From Fibrobacteria bacterium (GTDB taxonomy: Bacteria; Fibrobacterota; Fibrobacteria; UBA11236), in NCBI GenBank assembly GCA_050486505.1, contig JBJHDK010000008.1, forward strand, positions 1 through 58,734: a stretch of DNA of 58,734 nt, given 5' to 3'. The notes beneath the pieces are model-generated. The model had not been told where the DNA came from. It saw only the letters and a list, made by a program, of their open reading frames with translations, and searched no databases. Below, piece by piece: positions 26,991-36,513 of this stretch. Numbering within the stretch: the stretch's first letter is position 1; each line of letters opens with the position of its first letter. The translations under genes were made by a program, and so were the position numbers.

Positions 26991-28379
26991 ATGCGCATCG
27001 ACACCGGCCTGCAACCCGCGGGCCTCGCCTCCGGGATTTCCCGGCTTTGGGAACTCTCCGCCGCCAAGATCCGGTCCCTTGAAGAGAGTTGTCCTCCGGG
27101 AGCCCCCTCTCCCGTCTTCACCGTGAAGGGCCGTTACACCGCTCGGGGCTGGACGGAGTGGACGCAGGGTTTCCAATACGGCTCCGCCGCCCTGCAATTC
27201 GATGCCACGGGAGATCGATCTTTCCTCGACCTGTGCCGCGACCGCACGCTCAACGTGATGGCCTCCCATGTGACCCACGTCGGGGTGCACGACCACGGGT
27301 TCAACAATGTGAGCACCTACGGCAACCTCCGTCGCCTTGCACTCGAAGGGGCCTACGAAGCGTCGCCCTACGAGGTGCATTTCCACGACATGGCGATCAA
27401 GGCCTCGGGGGCCGTGCAGGCCGCACGCTGGACCGCACTTCCGGAGGCCCCCGGCGCCGGCTACATCCGGTCCTTCAACGGCCCCCACTCCCTCTTCGTC
27501 GACACCATCCGCTCCCTGCGCGCCCTTGCGCTCGCGCACCGTCTGGGGCACGTGTTGATGGGCGAGAAGGATGCGCGCATCTCCCTGCTCGGACGCCTCA
27601 TCGCGCACGCGCACGCCACCGCGAAATACGCGATCTGGTACGGCGAGGGCCGCGACCATTACGACGTGCGCGGCCGCACGGCGCACGAGAGCGTGTTCAA
27701 CGTCACCGACGGAAGTTATCGCTGTCCGAACTCGCAGCAGGGCTTCAGCCCCTTCACCACCTGGACGCGCGGGCAGGCGTGGGCCATGCTCGGTTTCGCC
27801 GAGCAGCTCGAGTTCCTTGCGACCTTGTCCGACGCGGAGTTCGAGTCTTTCGGTGGGCGCGAGCTCGTCACGGCGCCCTTCCTGAAGGCCGCCCGCGCCA
27901 CCTGCGACTACTGGATCGAGGACACGCCGCTCGACGGCATCCCGTACTGGGACAATGGCGCGCCGGATCTCCACAAGTTGGGCGACTGGCGCTCCCGCGC
28001 CGCCGATCCGTTTAACGACCACGAGCCGGTGGACAGCTCCGCCGCGGCCATCGCCTGCCAGGGTCTGATGCGCTTGGGGAGATACCTCACCCCGTCCGAT
28101 TCCGGAGACGGCGCGCGGTATTTCCAGGCCGGCCTCACCATCCTCTCGCACTTGCTCGAGGAGCCTTACCTTTCCACGGACGGGAAGCACCAGGGCTTGC
28201 TGCTTCACAGCGTGTACCACTGGCCCAACGGCTGGGACCACGTCCCCGAAGGGGCGAAGGTGCCGCGCGGCGAAGCCTGCCAGTGGGGTGATTATCATTT
28301 GCGCGAAGCCGCATTGTATGCGCAGCGCCTCGCCGAAGGCAGGCCGTATCTCGCGTTCTTTGCGCCGGGGTTCGCATGA
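26991..28379 (+). CDS. GH88-family unsaturated glucuronyl hydrolase-like protein
   Basis: WTQGF, HDHGF, DTI, TWTRGQAW, PYWD, DSSAAAI, WGDYHLREA. Confidence 0.85.
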   Translation: MRIDTGLQPAGLASGISRLWELSAAKIRSLEESCPPGAPSPVFTVKGRYTARGWTEWTQGFQYGSAALQFDATGDRSFLDLCRDRTLNVMASHVTHVGVHDHGFNNVSTYGNLRRLALEGAYEASPYEVHFHDMAIKASGAVQAARWTALPEAPGAGYIRSFNGPHSLFVDTIRSLRALALAHRLGHVLMGEKDARISLLGRLIAHAHATAKYAIWYGEGRDHYDVRGRTAHESVFNVTDGSYRCPNSQQGFSPFTTWTRGQAWAMLGFAEQLEFLATLSDAEFESFGGRELVTAPFLKAARATCDYWIEDTPLDGIPYWDNGAPDLHKLGDWRSRAADPFNDHEPVDSSAAAIACQGLMRLGRYLTPSDSGDGARYFQAGLTILSHLLEEPYLSTDGKHQGLLLHSVYHWPNGWDHVPEGAKVPRGEACQWGDYHLREAALYAQRLAEGRPYLAFFAPGFA

Positions 28380-29149
28380 GCAAACGCGTTGCACTCGTCA
28401 CCGGAGGAACGCGCGGCATCGGGTTCGGTGTTGCCACGGCGCTGGCGCGTGAGGGCTTCGACCTTTGCGTGTGCGGCCTTCGATCCGCCGAGGCGGCGGA
28501 AGAGTCGCTCGCGAAATTGAGAAAAGAAGGTGCGGGGGTTCTCTACGTCCGTGCCGACATCGGATCCCGCGAAGATCGCGCGGCCCTCATCGCCGCGGTG
28601 GAGGCACATTACGGCGCGCTCCATGTGCTGGTCAACAATGCGGGCGTCGCTCCCGAGGTGCGCGCCGACATCTTGGAGGCGACCGAGGAAAGCTTCGAGC
28701 GCCTCATGCGCATCAACCTGCAGGGGCCATATTTTTTGACGCAGGCGGCCGCCAACTGGATGGCGCGGCAGAAGCGCGCCGACGCGGGGTTTTCGGGCGC
28801 CATCATCAACGTGACCTCGGTCTCCGCCGAGGTGGCCTCGGTGACGCGCGGCGACTATTGCGTGAGCAAGGCCGGGCTCGGCATGGCGACGAAGCTGTTC
28901 GCCGCGCGCATGGGCGAATTCGGGGTTCCGGTGTATGAAATCCGTCCCGGCATCATCGCCACCGACATGACGTCGGGCGTGACGGCGAAGTACGACGACC
29001 TGATCGGCCGCGGCCTTCTGGTCGATGCGCGCTGGGGCACGCCCGACGACGTCGGTCGCGCCGCCGCCGCCCTCGCCCGCGGGGATTTTCCCTATGCCAC
29101 CGGAACCGTGATCCACGTGGACGGCGGCTTGACGTTGCAGAGGTTGTGA
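28376..29149 (+). CDS. Short-chain dehydrogenase/reductase
   Basis: TGGTRGIG, NNAG, YCVSK, VDGG. Confidence 0.92.
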   Translation: MSKRVALVTGGTRGIGFGVATALAREGFDLCVCGLRSAEAAEESLAKLRKEGAGVLYVRADIGSREDRAALIAAVEAHYGALHVLVNNAGVAPEVRADILEATEESFERLMRINLQGPYFLTQAAANWMARQKRADAGFSGAIINVTSVSAEVASVTRGDYCVSKAGLGMATKLFAARMGEFGVPVYEIRPGIIATDMTSGVTAKYDDLIGRGLLVDARWGTPDDVGRAAAALARGDFPYATGTVIHVDGGLTLQRL

Positions 29150-29853
29150 TGCGCGCGGATCCAGTCAACCACGAAGGCCTGTACGGGCGACCCGGCGGGT
29201 CGCCCCTACAGCCCGGTGGGATCTTCGACACCATCTCCTCCCATGCCCTCATGCCCGTGATCGTCATCGAACGGGCCGAGGACGGCGTGCCCCTGGCCGA
29301 AGCCTTGGTTGCGGGAGGGCTCCCCGTCGCCGAAGTCACGTTCCGGACCGCGGCGGCGGGTGATGCCATCGCCGCCATGGCGAAAGTTCCGGGGCTGCTG
29401 CTCGGTGCGGGCACGGTGATGACGCCGGAACAGGTGGATCGGGCGATGGACCTGGGCGCTCGCTTCGCGCTGGCACCGAACTTCAACCCGGCCACGGCCG
29501 CGCACGCCCTCAAGAAGGGGTTGCCCTTCGTTCCCGGCGTGATGACGCCGACCGAGATGGGCGCCGCGCTCGATGCGGGATTCCCCGTGCAGAAGTTCTT
29601 CCCCGCGGAACCCGCGGGCGGCGCGGCCTTCCTCAAGGCGGTTTCCGCGCCCATGCGCGGCATCCGATTCGTACCCACGGGCTCGATCGACCTCGCGAAG
29701 CTGCCGGCGTATTTGCAACTTCCCTCCGTATTGGCCGTGGGCGGAAGCTGGATGGTCGCGCCGAAACTGATCGCGGAACGCAACTGGAAAGAAATCACGC
29801 GCCTCGCCGCGGAAGCGGTGGCGGTGGTCGAAGAAAATCGGCAACCCCTGTAG
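29149..29853 (+). CDS. eda: KDPG/KHG aldolase
   Basis: AEVTFRT, GAGTV, PGVMTPTE, KFFPA, PTG, GGSW; TGATG coupling to the SDR. Confidence 0.92.
   Translation: MRADPVNHEGLYGRPGGSPLQPGGIFDTISSHALMPVIVIERAEDGVPLAEALVAGGLPVAEVTFRTAAAGDAIAAMAKVPGLLLGAGTVMTPEQVDRAMDLGARFALAPNFNPATAAHALKKGLPFVPGVMTPTEMGAALDAGFPVQKFFPAEPAGGAAFLKAVSAPMRGIRFVPTGSIDLAKLPAYLQLPSVLAVGGSWMVAPKLIAERNWKEITRLAAEAVAVVEENRQPL
29181..29208. repeat. GTAG-type REP-like palindrome inside the eda 5' end
   Basis: GTACGGGCGACCC-GGC-GGGTCGCCCTAC; reads GTAGGGCGACCC... on the minus strand. Confidence 0.7.
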
Positions 29854-29880
29854 GGGCAAATAATTATTTGCCCCTACAGG
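29847..29880. repeat. Perfect 34-bp GTAG-type REP-like palindrome
   Basis: CCTGTAGGGGCAAATAATTATTTGCCCCTACAGG is its own reverse complement and contains the eda TAG stop. Confidence 0.85.
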
Positions 29881-29906
29881 TACCGCCACCGCATATGGGG
29901 GATGCC

Positions 29907-31001
29907 ATGTTGAATATCAAATCCAGATCCGAATGCCTGTTCGATGAAATTTCATTGGGCGAGGTCATGCTGCGCCTTGATCCCGGTGACGGGCGCGTGC
30001 GCACCGCCCGCAGTTTCCGCGCGTGGGAAGGCGGCGGCGAATACAACGTCGCGCGCGGCCTGCGCCGCTGCTTCGGGCTGCGCACCGCCGTCGTCACCGC
30101 CTTTGCCGACAACGACGTGGGGCGCCTTGTGGAAGACTTTATCCTGCAGGGCGGGGTGGACATGCGCCACGTATTGTGGCGCCCCTACGACGGACTGGGA
30201 CGCTCCGTGCGCAACGGGCTGAACTTCACCGAGCGCGGCTTCGGCGTGCGCGGCGCGGCGGGCACGTCGGATCGCGGCCATACGGCGGCCTCGCAATTGA
30301 AAAAGGGCGATGTGGACTGGGAGGCCGTCTTTGGCCGCGACGGCGCGCGCTGGTTCCACACCGGCGGCATTTATGCGGGCTTGTCGGAAACCACCGCCGA
30401 CGTGATCGAGGAAGCGATGGTGGCCGCGAAGAAACACGGCACCGTGATCTCCTACGATCTCAACTACCGCCCCAGCCTGTGGAAGAACTTCGGCGGCCAG
30501 AAGAAAGCGCAGGAGGTCAACCGTCGCCTGGTGAAACACGTGGATGTGCTGATCGGCAATGAGGAAGACTTCACGGCCTGCCTCGGGTTCAACGTCGAGG
30601 GTGTCGACGCGAACCTGTCCGCGCTCGATCCCGCGAACTTCATGAAGATGATTGCGTCCGTGACGAAGGAATATCCGCATCTCTCCGTCGTTGCGACGAC
30701 GTTGCGCGCCGTAAAGTCCGCCACGTTGAACGATTGGGGCGCCGTGTGCTGGGCCTCCGGTTCGTTCCATGAGGCGACCTTGCGCGAGAACCTGGAAATC
30801 TTCGATCGCGTGGGAGGGGGGGATTCTTTCGCCTCCGGATTGATCTATGGCCTGATGGAAAAGAACGATCCCGGGTTGGCGGTGGAGTACGGCGCCGCCC
30901 ACGGCGCGCTTGCGATGACCACGCCGGGCGACACGTCGATGGCGTCGCTGGCGGAGGTGGAGCATTTGATGAAGGGCGGAAGCGCCAGAGTTGCCCGCTG
31001 A
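29907..31001 (+). CDS. kdgK: PfkB-family 2-keto-3-deoxygluconate kinase
   Basis: LGEVMLRL, GGGEYNVA, DLNYRPSLW, GNEED, DRVGGGDSFASG; adjacent to eda. Confidence 0.88.
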   Translation: MLNIKSRSECLFDEISLGEVMLRLDPGDGRVRTARSFRAWEGGGEYNVARGLRRCFGLRTAVVTAFADNDVGRLVEDFILQGGVDMRHVLWRPYDGLGRSVRNGLNFTERGFGVRGAAGTSDRGHTAASQLKKGDVDWEAVFGRDGARWFHTGGIYAGLSETTADVIEEAMVAAKKHGTVISYDLNYRPSLWKNFGGQKKAQEVNRRLVKHVDVLIGNEEDFTACLGFNVEGVDANLSALDPANFMKMIASVTKEYPHLSVVATTLRAVKSATLNDWGAVCWASGSFHEATLRENLEIFDRVGGGDSFASGLIYGLMEKNDPGLAVEYGAAHGALAMTTPGDTSMASLAEVEHLMKGGSARVAR

Positions 31002-31048
31002 TCCGGGAATTATCTTCGGAGGCATCCGCGTGTTTTTACAATGCGGGG

Positions 31049-32038
31049 ATGCCCTCCCTGCCGAAGATGCGCGCCCTCTCCGGATTCCTGCTGACAGCAG
31101 GACTTTTTGTTTCGGTGTCCCCAAGCGCAGCCGCACCCGCGCAGGACGCCCCCCATCTTTCCCTCTTCGGTCGCATCGCGGAAAGCACGCGGCCCTCGAC
31201 CATTTCTTACGGCCCCGGAACGGTGCATCTCCCCGGAAGTTCCCTTGCGCCCGACAGCATGGCGCTCAGTTTCGAGGCGCGGGTCATTCCCCGGTTCACG
31301 GTGCTGCGGGCCGTGGAAGAGACCGGGCCGCTGGCGGGAAGCTGGTGGCTCACCGTGGATGCGGAGTTCATGGTGCGGCGCCATGCGAACCTTCCGTCCA
31401 ATCCCGTGCGCACGCCGGGGTACCGCCCGGGTGCCACGTTGCACTACGCTCCGCCCGGCGCCTCGCCGGAATCGTTCTGGCATGTCAGCGGCACGTGGTT
31501 CCACTGGTCGAACGGGCAGGAGGGGGAACTCTTCGTCGAGGGGCCGCTCGGTCCGGAGCTCAATACCGTGAACGGGAGCTTCAGCCTGTGGGGGGCGGGT
31601 GCAGCCCTGCACGCGCATCCCTCCGGGCGGTTCATGCCTGCGCACCTGGCGCTGAGGGGGGAGGCGTATTTCTTCAGGGAGGGCTGGCTCGCCGACGTGT
31701 ATCCCCACATGGCGGTGACACTCGAGGCCTTCGGGAAGGGGCGGCATTCCGGGTGGGCCGGGTTTTCGGGGGACACGCGCTGGTGGTCCGAACTGACGTG
31801 GCGGCCCTCGCAGGGAGGCGTGCTCGCGGAGCACTACGGGCCTGCGCCGTTCGGGTTTATGACGATGGCGGCGTATCGCCCCGATTGGCGTCCGGCGTTT
31901 CTTCCCTTTCGCGTGCATACCGGAAGTTTCTTCGCGTTCACACGGCTGTACCTTGGCCCGGATGAATACAACGTGCGCTTCGGCGAGCCGGTGCATCGCA
32001 TCGACTTCGGGTTTCTGGCGGGGCCTGGTGTGCGGTAA
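31049..32038 (+). CDS. Hypothetical outer-membrane protein with an OMPLA-like HxSNG motif
   Basis: Signal peptide; SNPVRTPGYRPG and FHWSNGQ; beta-strand-rich. Confidence 0.55.
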   Translation: MPSLPKMRALSGFLLTAGLFVSVSPSAAAPAQDAPHLSLFGRIAESTRPSTISYGPGTVHLPGSSLAPDSMALSFEARVIPRFTVLRAVEETGPLAGSWWLTVDAEFMVRRHANLPSNPVRTPGYRPGATLHYAPPGASPESFWHVSGTWFHWSNGQEGELFVEGPLGPELNTVNGSFSLWGAGAALHAHPSGRFMPAHLALRGEAYFFREGWLADVYPHMAVTLEAFGKGRHSGWAGFSGDTRWWSELTWRPSQGGVLAEHYGPAPFGFMTMAAYRPDWRPAFLPFRVHTGSFFAFTRLYLGPDEYNVRFGEPVHRIDFGFLAGPGVR

Positions 32039-32073
32039 CCCGTGCGTGGTGGCATTAGCTACGCTTTGACGGC

Positions 32074-33204
32074 ATGCCGGCCACACGCCCAAAAACGCTT
32101 GACGATTACCTCACGACCCCCGAAATGCAGCTGCTTCTCGCGTGTTGCGGCCGGGTCACGGGCGTCACGGACGAACCGGAAATCACCCGCGCGCTCGCGC
32201 GTGACTTCGATGAGAACACTTTCCTTGAATGTTGTCGCGATCACCGTCTGATCGCGCTGGTCTTCCGCCATCTGGTCAAGCCGTATCCGGATCGCTTTTC
32301 CCCGGAAGTTTACGCGGCCTTCGAGGGGGAATATCGGCAGTTGCAAATGGCCCACCTGCGCATGTCGAAGGCGGTGGTCGACCTGCATCGTGAAATGGGG
32401 GGGCGCGGTGTGCATCACCTCTTCCTCAAGGGACCGGTTCTCAATCAGCGCCTGTTCGGGAACGAGTTTTTGCGCTATTGCGGCGATGTCGACATGCTGG
32501 TCGATCACGGAAGCTTCGAGGAAGCCCATGCCGGGATGCTGCGGCTCGGGTACATCCCCCTGTTGCTCTGGTGGCAGCGGGCATTCGGTTTGTCCGTCCG
32601 CCGGACCCACCGCAAGGACGTGACCTACGTGCATCCGCCCTCGGGAGTTTTCGTGGAGATGCATTGGAAGACCGACCTGGTGGAGGTGTCGCTCGAGGGT
32701 TTCGACTGGAAGCGCGACGTGTCGATCTGCAGATTCCACGGCGCCGACGTGCCCGTGTTTCCGGAAGACCGGGACTTTCTTTATCTCTGCCTGCATGCGG
32801 CCAAGCACCATTGGGCGCGTTTTCGCTGGCTGCTTGACGTTGCCGTGATGCTGCGTCGCCCCGGATTCGACCCCGGCGTTGCTCTGGCCTTGGCGGAGCG
32901 GTACGGGTTGGGGGGCGTGGTGGAAGAAGCGCTGTGGATGTCGCAGCGCGTCTTCGGCGTCGAAGCCGCACCGGCGCCCGGGCGCGCCCTTGAAGTCGCG
33001 GGCCGCCGCGCCGAGGAGCGCTTTCTGGCCGACCGGTTCGCGTTCAAGCCGCTGCGCCCCCTGATTCGCACCTGGCACGGGGCGAAGATTTATCCGCGTT
33101 TGGGGCAAAGGGTTACATTCTGGCGCGTATGGCTGACGGAATGGGTGCTGGTGAAGCTGCCGGGGTTGCCTCCGAAGAGGGCAAAAAGCAAATGGTCTCC
33201 CTGA
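32074..33204 (+). CDS. Nucleotidyltransferase family protein (lasso-cluster associated)
   Basis: FLKG, RYCGDVDMLV, VEMHW, LHAAKH, RFRWLLDV. Confidence 0.85.
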   Translation: MPATRPKTLDDYLTTPEMQLLLACCGRVTGVTDEPEITRALARDFDENTFLECCRDHRLIALVFRHLVKPYPDRFSPEVYAAFEGEYRQLQMAHLRMSKAVVDLHREMGGRGVHHLFLKGPVLNQRLFGNEFLRYCGDVDMLVDHGSFEEAHAGMLRLGYIPLLLWWQRAFGLSVRRTHRKDVTYVHPPSGVFVEMHWKTDLVEVSLEGFDWKRDVSICRFHGADVPVFPEDRDFLYLCLHAAKHHWARFRWLLDVAVMLRRPGFDPGVALALAERYGLGGVVEEALWMSQRVFGVEAAPAPGRALEVAGRRAEERFLADRFAFKPLRPLIRTWHGAKIYPRLGQRVTFWRVWLTEWVLVKLPGLPPKRAKSKWSP

Positions 33205-34952
33205 AGCTGAAACGAATCGGCTCGTTCCTCGAGTACTACCGCGCCCTTGCCCGTTTTGCCCCGGTTCGGTTCGCACTGGGGTGCGTGATGTCCGTTGTCA
33301 GTGCCTTGCTCTCGGGCATCGGCCTGCTGATGGCGGTTCCCTTGTTGCATTTCGCCGGATGGCTGCCCGGTGAGGAGCAGGGCGGACTGGTCGGGCACGT
33401 CCTGAAAAGACTCCCTGAGCCCGGGGGTGCGCTTCCGCTCTTCGCGACGCTGGGAGCCTATGTCGTGCTCGTCGCCCTGTCGGCAGGATTCACCTACAGG
33501 TGGCAACTGTTGATGACGCACCTGTTCCAGGATTTCCTGTTTCGGCTTCGCACCGGCCTGAACGAATCCGTGGCACGCTGCGAGTGGTCGCACCTTGCGA
33601 CCAAGCGACTTCAGGAACTGCAGCACATGATCAACGTGGGAATCGATCGGGTCTCTGTGCTGACGCAGCATTCGATCCGGATGACTTCCGAAATTCTGCT
33701 GATTCTGGTGTTTTTCATCATTGCACTGCTTGTGTCCGTTCCGATGGCGTTGATCGCGGTCGCGATCTCCGTCATTCTTTTCCTGGTGCATATCCCCGGT
33801 CGCTCCTACCTGTTCGGCAAGGCTTCGCTTGAGGCGAGCCAGAATCTCTATGCCGAACTCTCGCGGTTTCTGGAGGGCGTCAAACCCGCCAAGGCAGGGG
33901 GGCTCACGGACAGGTATGTCGAGCGCTATGCGTCGCTGCTGCATGGGGAGTTGACTGTTCAACGCCGTTTCATTCGGGGGCAGGCCAAGACGCGATTTTC
34001 TTTTCAGGTGGCGGTCGCGGGAGTGTTTGCTGCTGTCTTCATTGTTGCCGTGAACTTTTTGGGCGCTTCGGCTGCATCCTTGCTGGTTCTGCTCCTGCTT
34101 CTGTCGCGCTTGATGCCGCATGTTCTTGCCCTGTTGGAATCGGTGCGCCAAACAATGAATGCGTTGCCGGCCTATGGCGAGATGCGCCTCATGCTTTCCG
34201 ACCTCACCGCGCATCGCGAGGTAACAACGCACTCAGACCGGCTTCACCTGCAAAAAGCGATCCGCCTCGAAGACGTGCGCTTCACGTACCCTGGGACGAC
34301 GGAGGCAGGCCTTCGCGGCGTGACATGTGAAATCCCCGCGGGCATGATCACGGCGGTGGTCGGGCCGTCCGGCGCGGGGAAGACCACGCTGGCCGACCTT
34401 CTTCTCGGCCTCATCATCCCGCAGGCGGGCCGCGTGACCGTGGACGACGTGCCGTTGTCTTCCGGTAACGCCGGGGGGTGGAAGGCGCGCGCCGCTTATG
34501 TTCCGCAGGATCCGTTCCTGTTTCATGATTCGATCCGCGCCAATCTCGTTTGGGCGGATCCAGGGGCATCGGAGGAGCGCATCTGGAGAGCCCTCGAGGA
34601 TGCCTCCGCGGCCGGTTTCGTGAGGGCGCTTTCCGCCGGTCTTGACACGCCGGTCGGTGATCGCGGCAACCGCTTGTCGGGAGGCGAGCGCCAGCGGCTG
34701 GCGATCGCGCGGGCGCTGTTGCGCGACCCTGAGGTTCTGGTTCTTGACGAAGCCACGAGCGCTCTCGACACTGTCAATGAGGAAACGGTTCATGCCGCGC
34801 TGCGCCGCTTGCGCGGCAAGGTGACGATCGTCCTCATCAGCCACCGACCCGGGGCGCTCGGACTCGCCGATCATGTGATCATGTTGGAGGGGGGGCGGGT
34901 TGCCCGGCCAGGGACTTCGGAGGGGGATTCTTCGTCGTCGCCTTCCGGGTGA
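33192..34952 (+). CDS. ABC exporter (TMD + NBD), lasso peptide D-type
   Basis: TM domain, GPSGAGKTT, LSGGERQR, LDEATSALD. Confidence 0.9.
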   Translation: MVSLKLKRIGSFLEYYRALARFAPVRFALGCVMSVVSALLSGIGLLMAVPLLHFAGWLPGEEQGGLVGHVLKRLPEPGGALPLFATLGAYVVLVALSAGFTYRWQLLMTHLFQDFLFRLRTGLNESVARCEWSHLATKRLQELQHMINVGIDRVSVLTQHSIRMTSEILLILVFFIIALLVSVPMALIAVAISVILFLVHIPGRSYLFGKASLEASQNLYAELSRFLEGVKPAKAGGLTDRYVERYASLLHGELTVQRRFIRGQAKTRFSFQVAVAGVFAAVFIVAVNFLGASAASLLVLLLLLSRLMPHVLALLESVRQTMNALPAYGEMRLMLSDLTAHREVTTHSDRLHLQKAIRLEDVRFTYPGTTEAGLRGVTCEIPAGMITAVVGPSGAGKTTLADLLLGLIIPQAGRVTVDDVPLSSGNAGGWKARAAYVPQDPFLFHDSIRANLVWADPGASEERIWRALEDASAAGFVRALSAGLDTPVGDRGNRLSGGERQRLAIARALLRDPEVLVLDEATSALDTVNEETVHAALRRLRGKVTIVLISHRPGALGLADHVIMLEGGRVARPGTSEGDSSSSPSG

Positions 34953-34962
34953 TCAGGCGCTG

Positions 34963-35577
34963 TTACCGGTTTGCGGCATTCGGACGAAAATGGAAGAACC
35001 AGGTCTTCCAGCGTTCACCCTTGGGGCCTAGATACCAACTCTCCGCCCTTCGGACCTCGGCGAACTTTTCAGCCAGCAGGGCGAGCTTCGGACCTTCGCT
35101 TCCTTGCGGGAGCGTCAGGAGGTAGTGCCCATCGGGGCGAATCAATCCCGAAATGCTTTCCACATAGTCGGAGAAAAACATTTTCGCCTGGCCCGCGAAG
35201 CAGCCGCGATCCACGATCACGTCGAAACGCCTGTCGAGTTTCGTATGAAGGACGTTGTCCTTCACGAACTCGACGTGCACACCGCAGCTTTCCGCATTTT
35301 TTTTCGCCTGGGAAAGACTGAAAGTCGAAACATCCGTCGCGGTCACATTGAACCCCAGCTCGGCCATCCGGATGGCCTGCCATCCGACGCCGGTTCCCAC
35401 ATCAAGCAAGGTTTCTCCATGGATGGATCCGCCTTTGAGGGTCGCGGCGAGATCCTCGTCCAAGGTTTCGATTTCCGCCATGAAGGCGTCCTTCGGGTCG
35501 ACGCCCTTGTTGCGGTTGACGTACTTGGCCTCCCACATCAATCCGAGAATCGCATGGCGGCGTTTTCTTTCGTCCAC
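34963..35577 (-). CDS. Class I SAM-dependent methyltransferase
   Basis: LLDVGTGVG, TATDVS, FDVIVDRGCF. Confidence 0.85.
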   Translation of the reverse strand: MDERKRRHAILGLMWEAKYVNRNKGVDPKDAFMAEIETLDEDLAATLKGGSIHGETLLDVGTGVGWQAIRMAELGFNVTATDVSTFSLSQAKKNAESCGVHVEFVKDNVLHTKLDRRFDVIVDRGCFAGQAKMFFSDYVESISGLIRPDGHYLLTLPQGSEGPKLALLAEKFAEVRRAESWYLGPKGERWKTWFFHFRPNAANR

Positions 35578-35763
35578 GGGCGTCCCTCACATGGGCCGTT
35601 TCGGCCCGTAAATTCGGTGTAAAAGTATATTTCCCGGCGTTCACGTTATAAAACGCGAGTTTGAGGTGTCACTTCTCCGTGCAGGCGGAGACGCGCGCGG
35701 TGGCCGGCCGGCGGGTTCGACGGCGCAGGGGTTCCGTGCGATTCGATGGGGAAAGAGGAAACC

Positions 35764-36066
35764 ATGAGCGGGCATCCGTTGGAAAACCTGGAACTGCAGA
35801 CCCGGCTGGAGCGCAATGCTGAAATCTTCGCCGCCGATGTTGACGATGAAATGGTCATGATGGACGGCGAGCAGGGGTTGTACTTCGGCCTGAACACCGT
35901 GGCCCGCAAGATCTGGGAATTCCTGGATCGGCCTCGCACCTACGGCGAGCTCTTGAAAGCACTCGAAGAATCCTACGACGTGGACGCCGAGCGTTGTCGC
36001 GCCGATGTGGAGCCCTTTCTCCGCAAGATGTTGGAACACGGGCTTGTTCGTGTGCATTCTGAATGA
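35764..36066 (+). CDS. PqqD-family RiPP recognition element (lasso B1)
   Basis: DVDDEMVMMD...YFGLNTVARKIWEFL...YDVD...CRADV..FL..M...GLV; RBS GAGG. Confidence 0.92.
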   Translation: MSGHPLENLELQTRLERNAEIFAADVDDEMVMMDGEQGLYFGLNTVARKIWEFLDRPRTYGELLKALEESYDVDAERCRADVEPFLRKMLEHGLVRVHSE

Positions 36067-36506
36067 TATTGACAGGGCTTGCAAGAGTTTTGGGAAAACG
36101 CGGGCTCGCCGGGCTCTACCTGGAAGCACTGATGGAAATGGCGTGGTGCAAGGTGCTCACGGTCTTCGTGCCTTTCGGTCGCTGGGCGCACCGCCAGGGC
36201 CGCTTCCAGAGTGAGACGCTCAAGGATGACAGATCCGCGGAGCTGCCCCGCATCCAGGCGATCCGGGGAGCGATTCTGCGCATCGCGCGCCGCGCGCCTT
36301 GGAGAAGCAAGTGTCTCGATCAGGCCCTGGTGATGCAGCGCATGCTGGCCCGTCGCGGTCTTCCATCCACCACGTACTACGGCATGAAGCGCGATGCGTC
36401 CGGCAACTGGATCGCCCATGCGTGGGTGCGCTGCGGAAGCATCTGGGCGATCGGGTATCAGCATGGTGAGGAGTACACCGTCGTAGGCGCGTACGCGCGA
36501 TTGTGA
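36063..36506 (+). CDS. Lasso peptide leader peptidase B2 (transglutaminase-like)
   Basis: SKCLDQAL (Cys) and AHAWV (His); coupled to B1. Confidence 0.92.
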   Translation: MILTGLARVLGKRGLAGLYLEALMEMAWCKVLTVFVPFGRWAHRQGRFQSETLKDDRSAELPRIQAIRGAILRIARRAPWRSKCLDQALVMQRMLARRGLPSTTYYGMKRDASGNWIAHAWVRCGSIWAIGYQHGEEYTVVGAYARL

Positions 36507-36513
36507 AAGCGAT

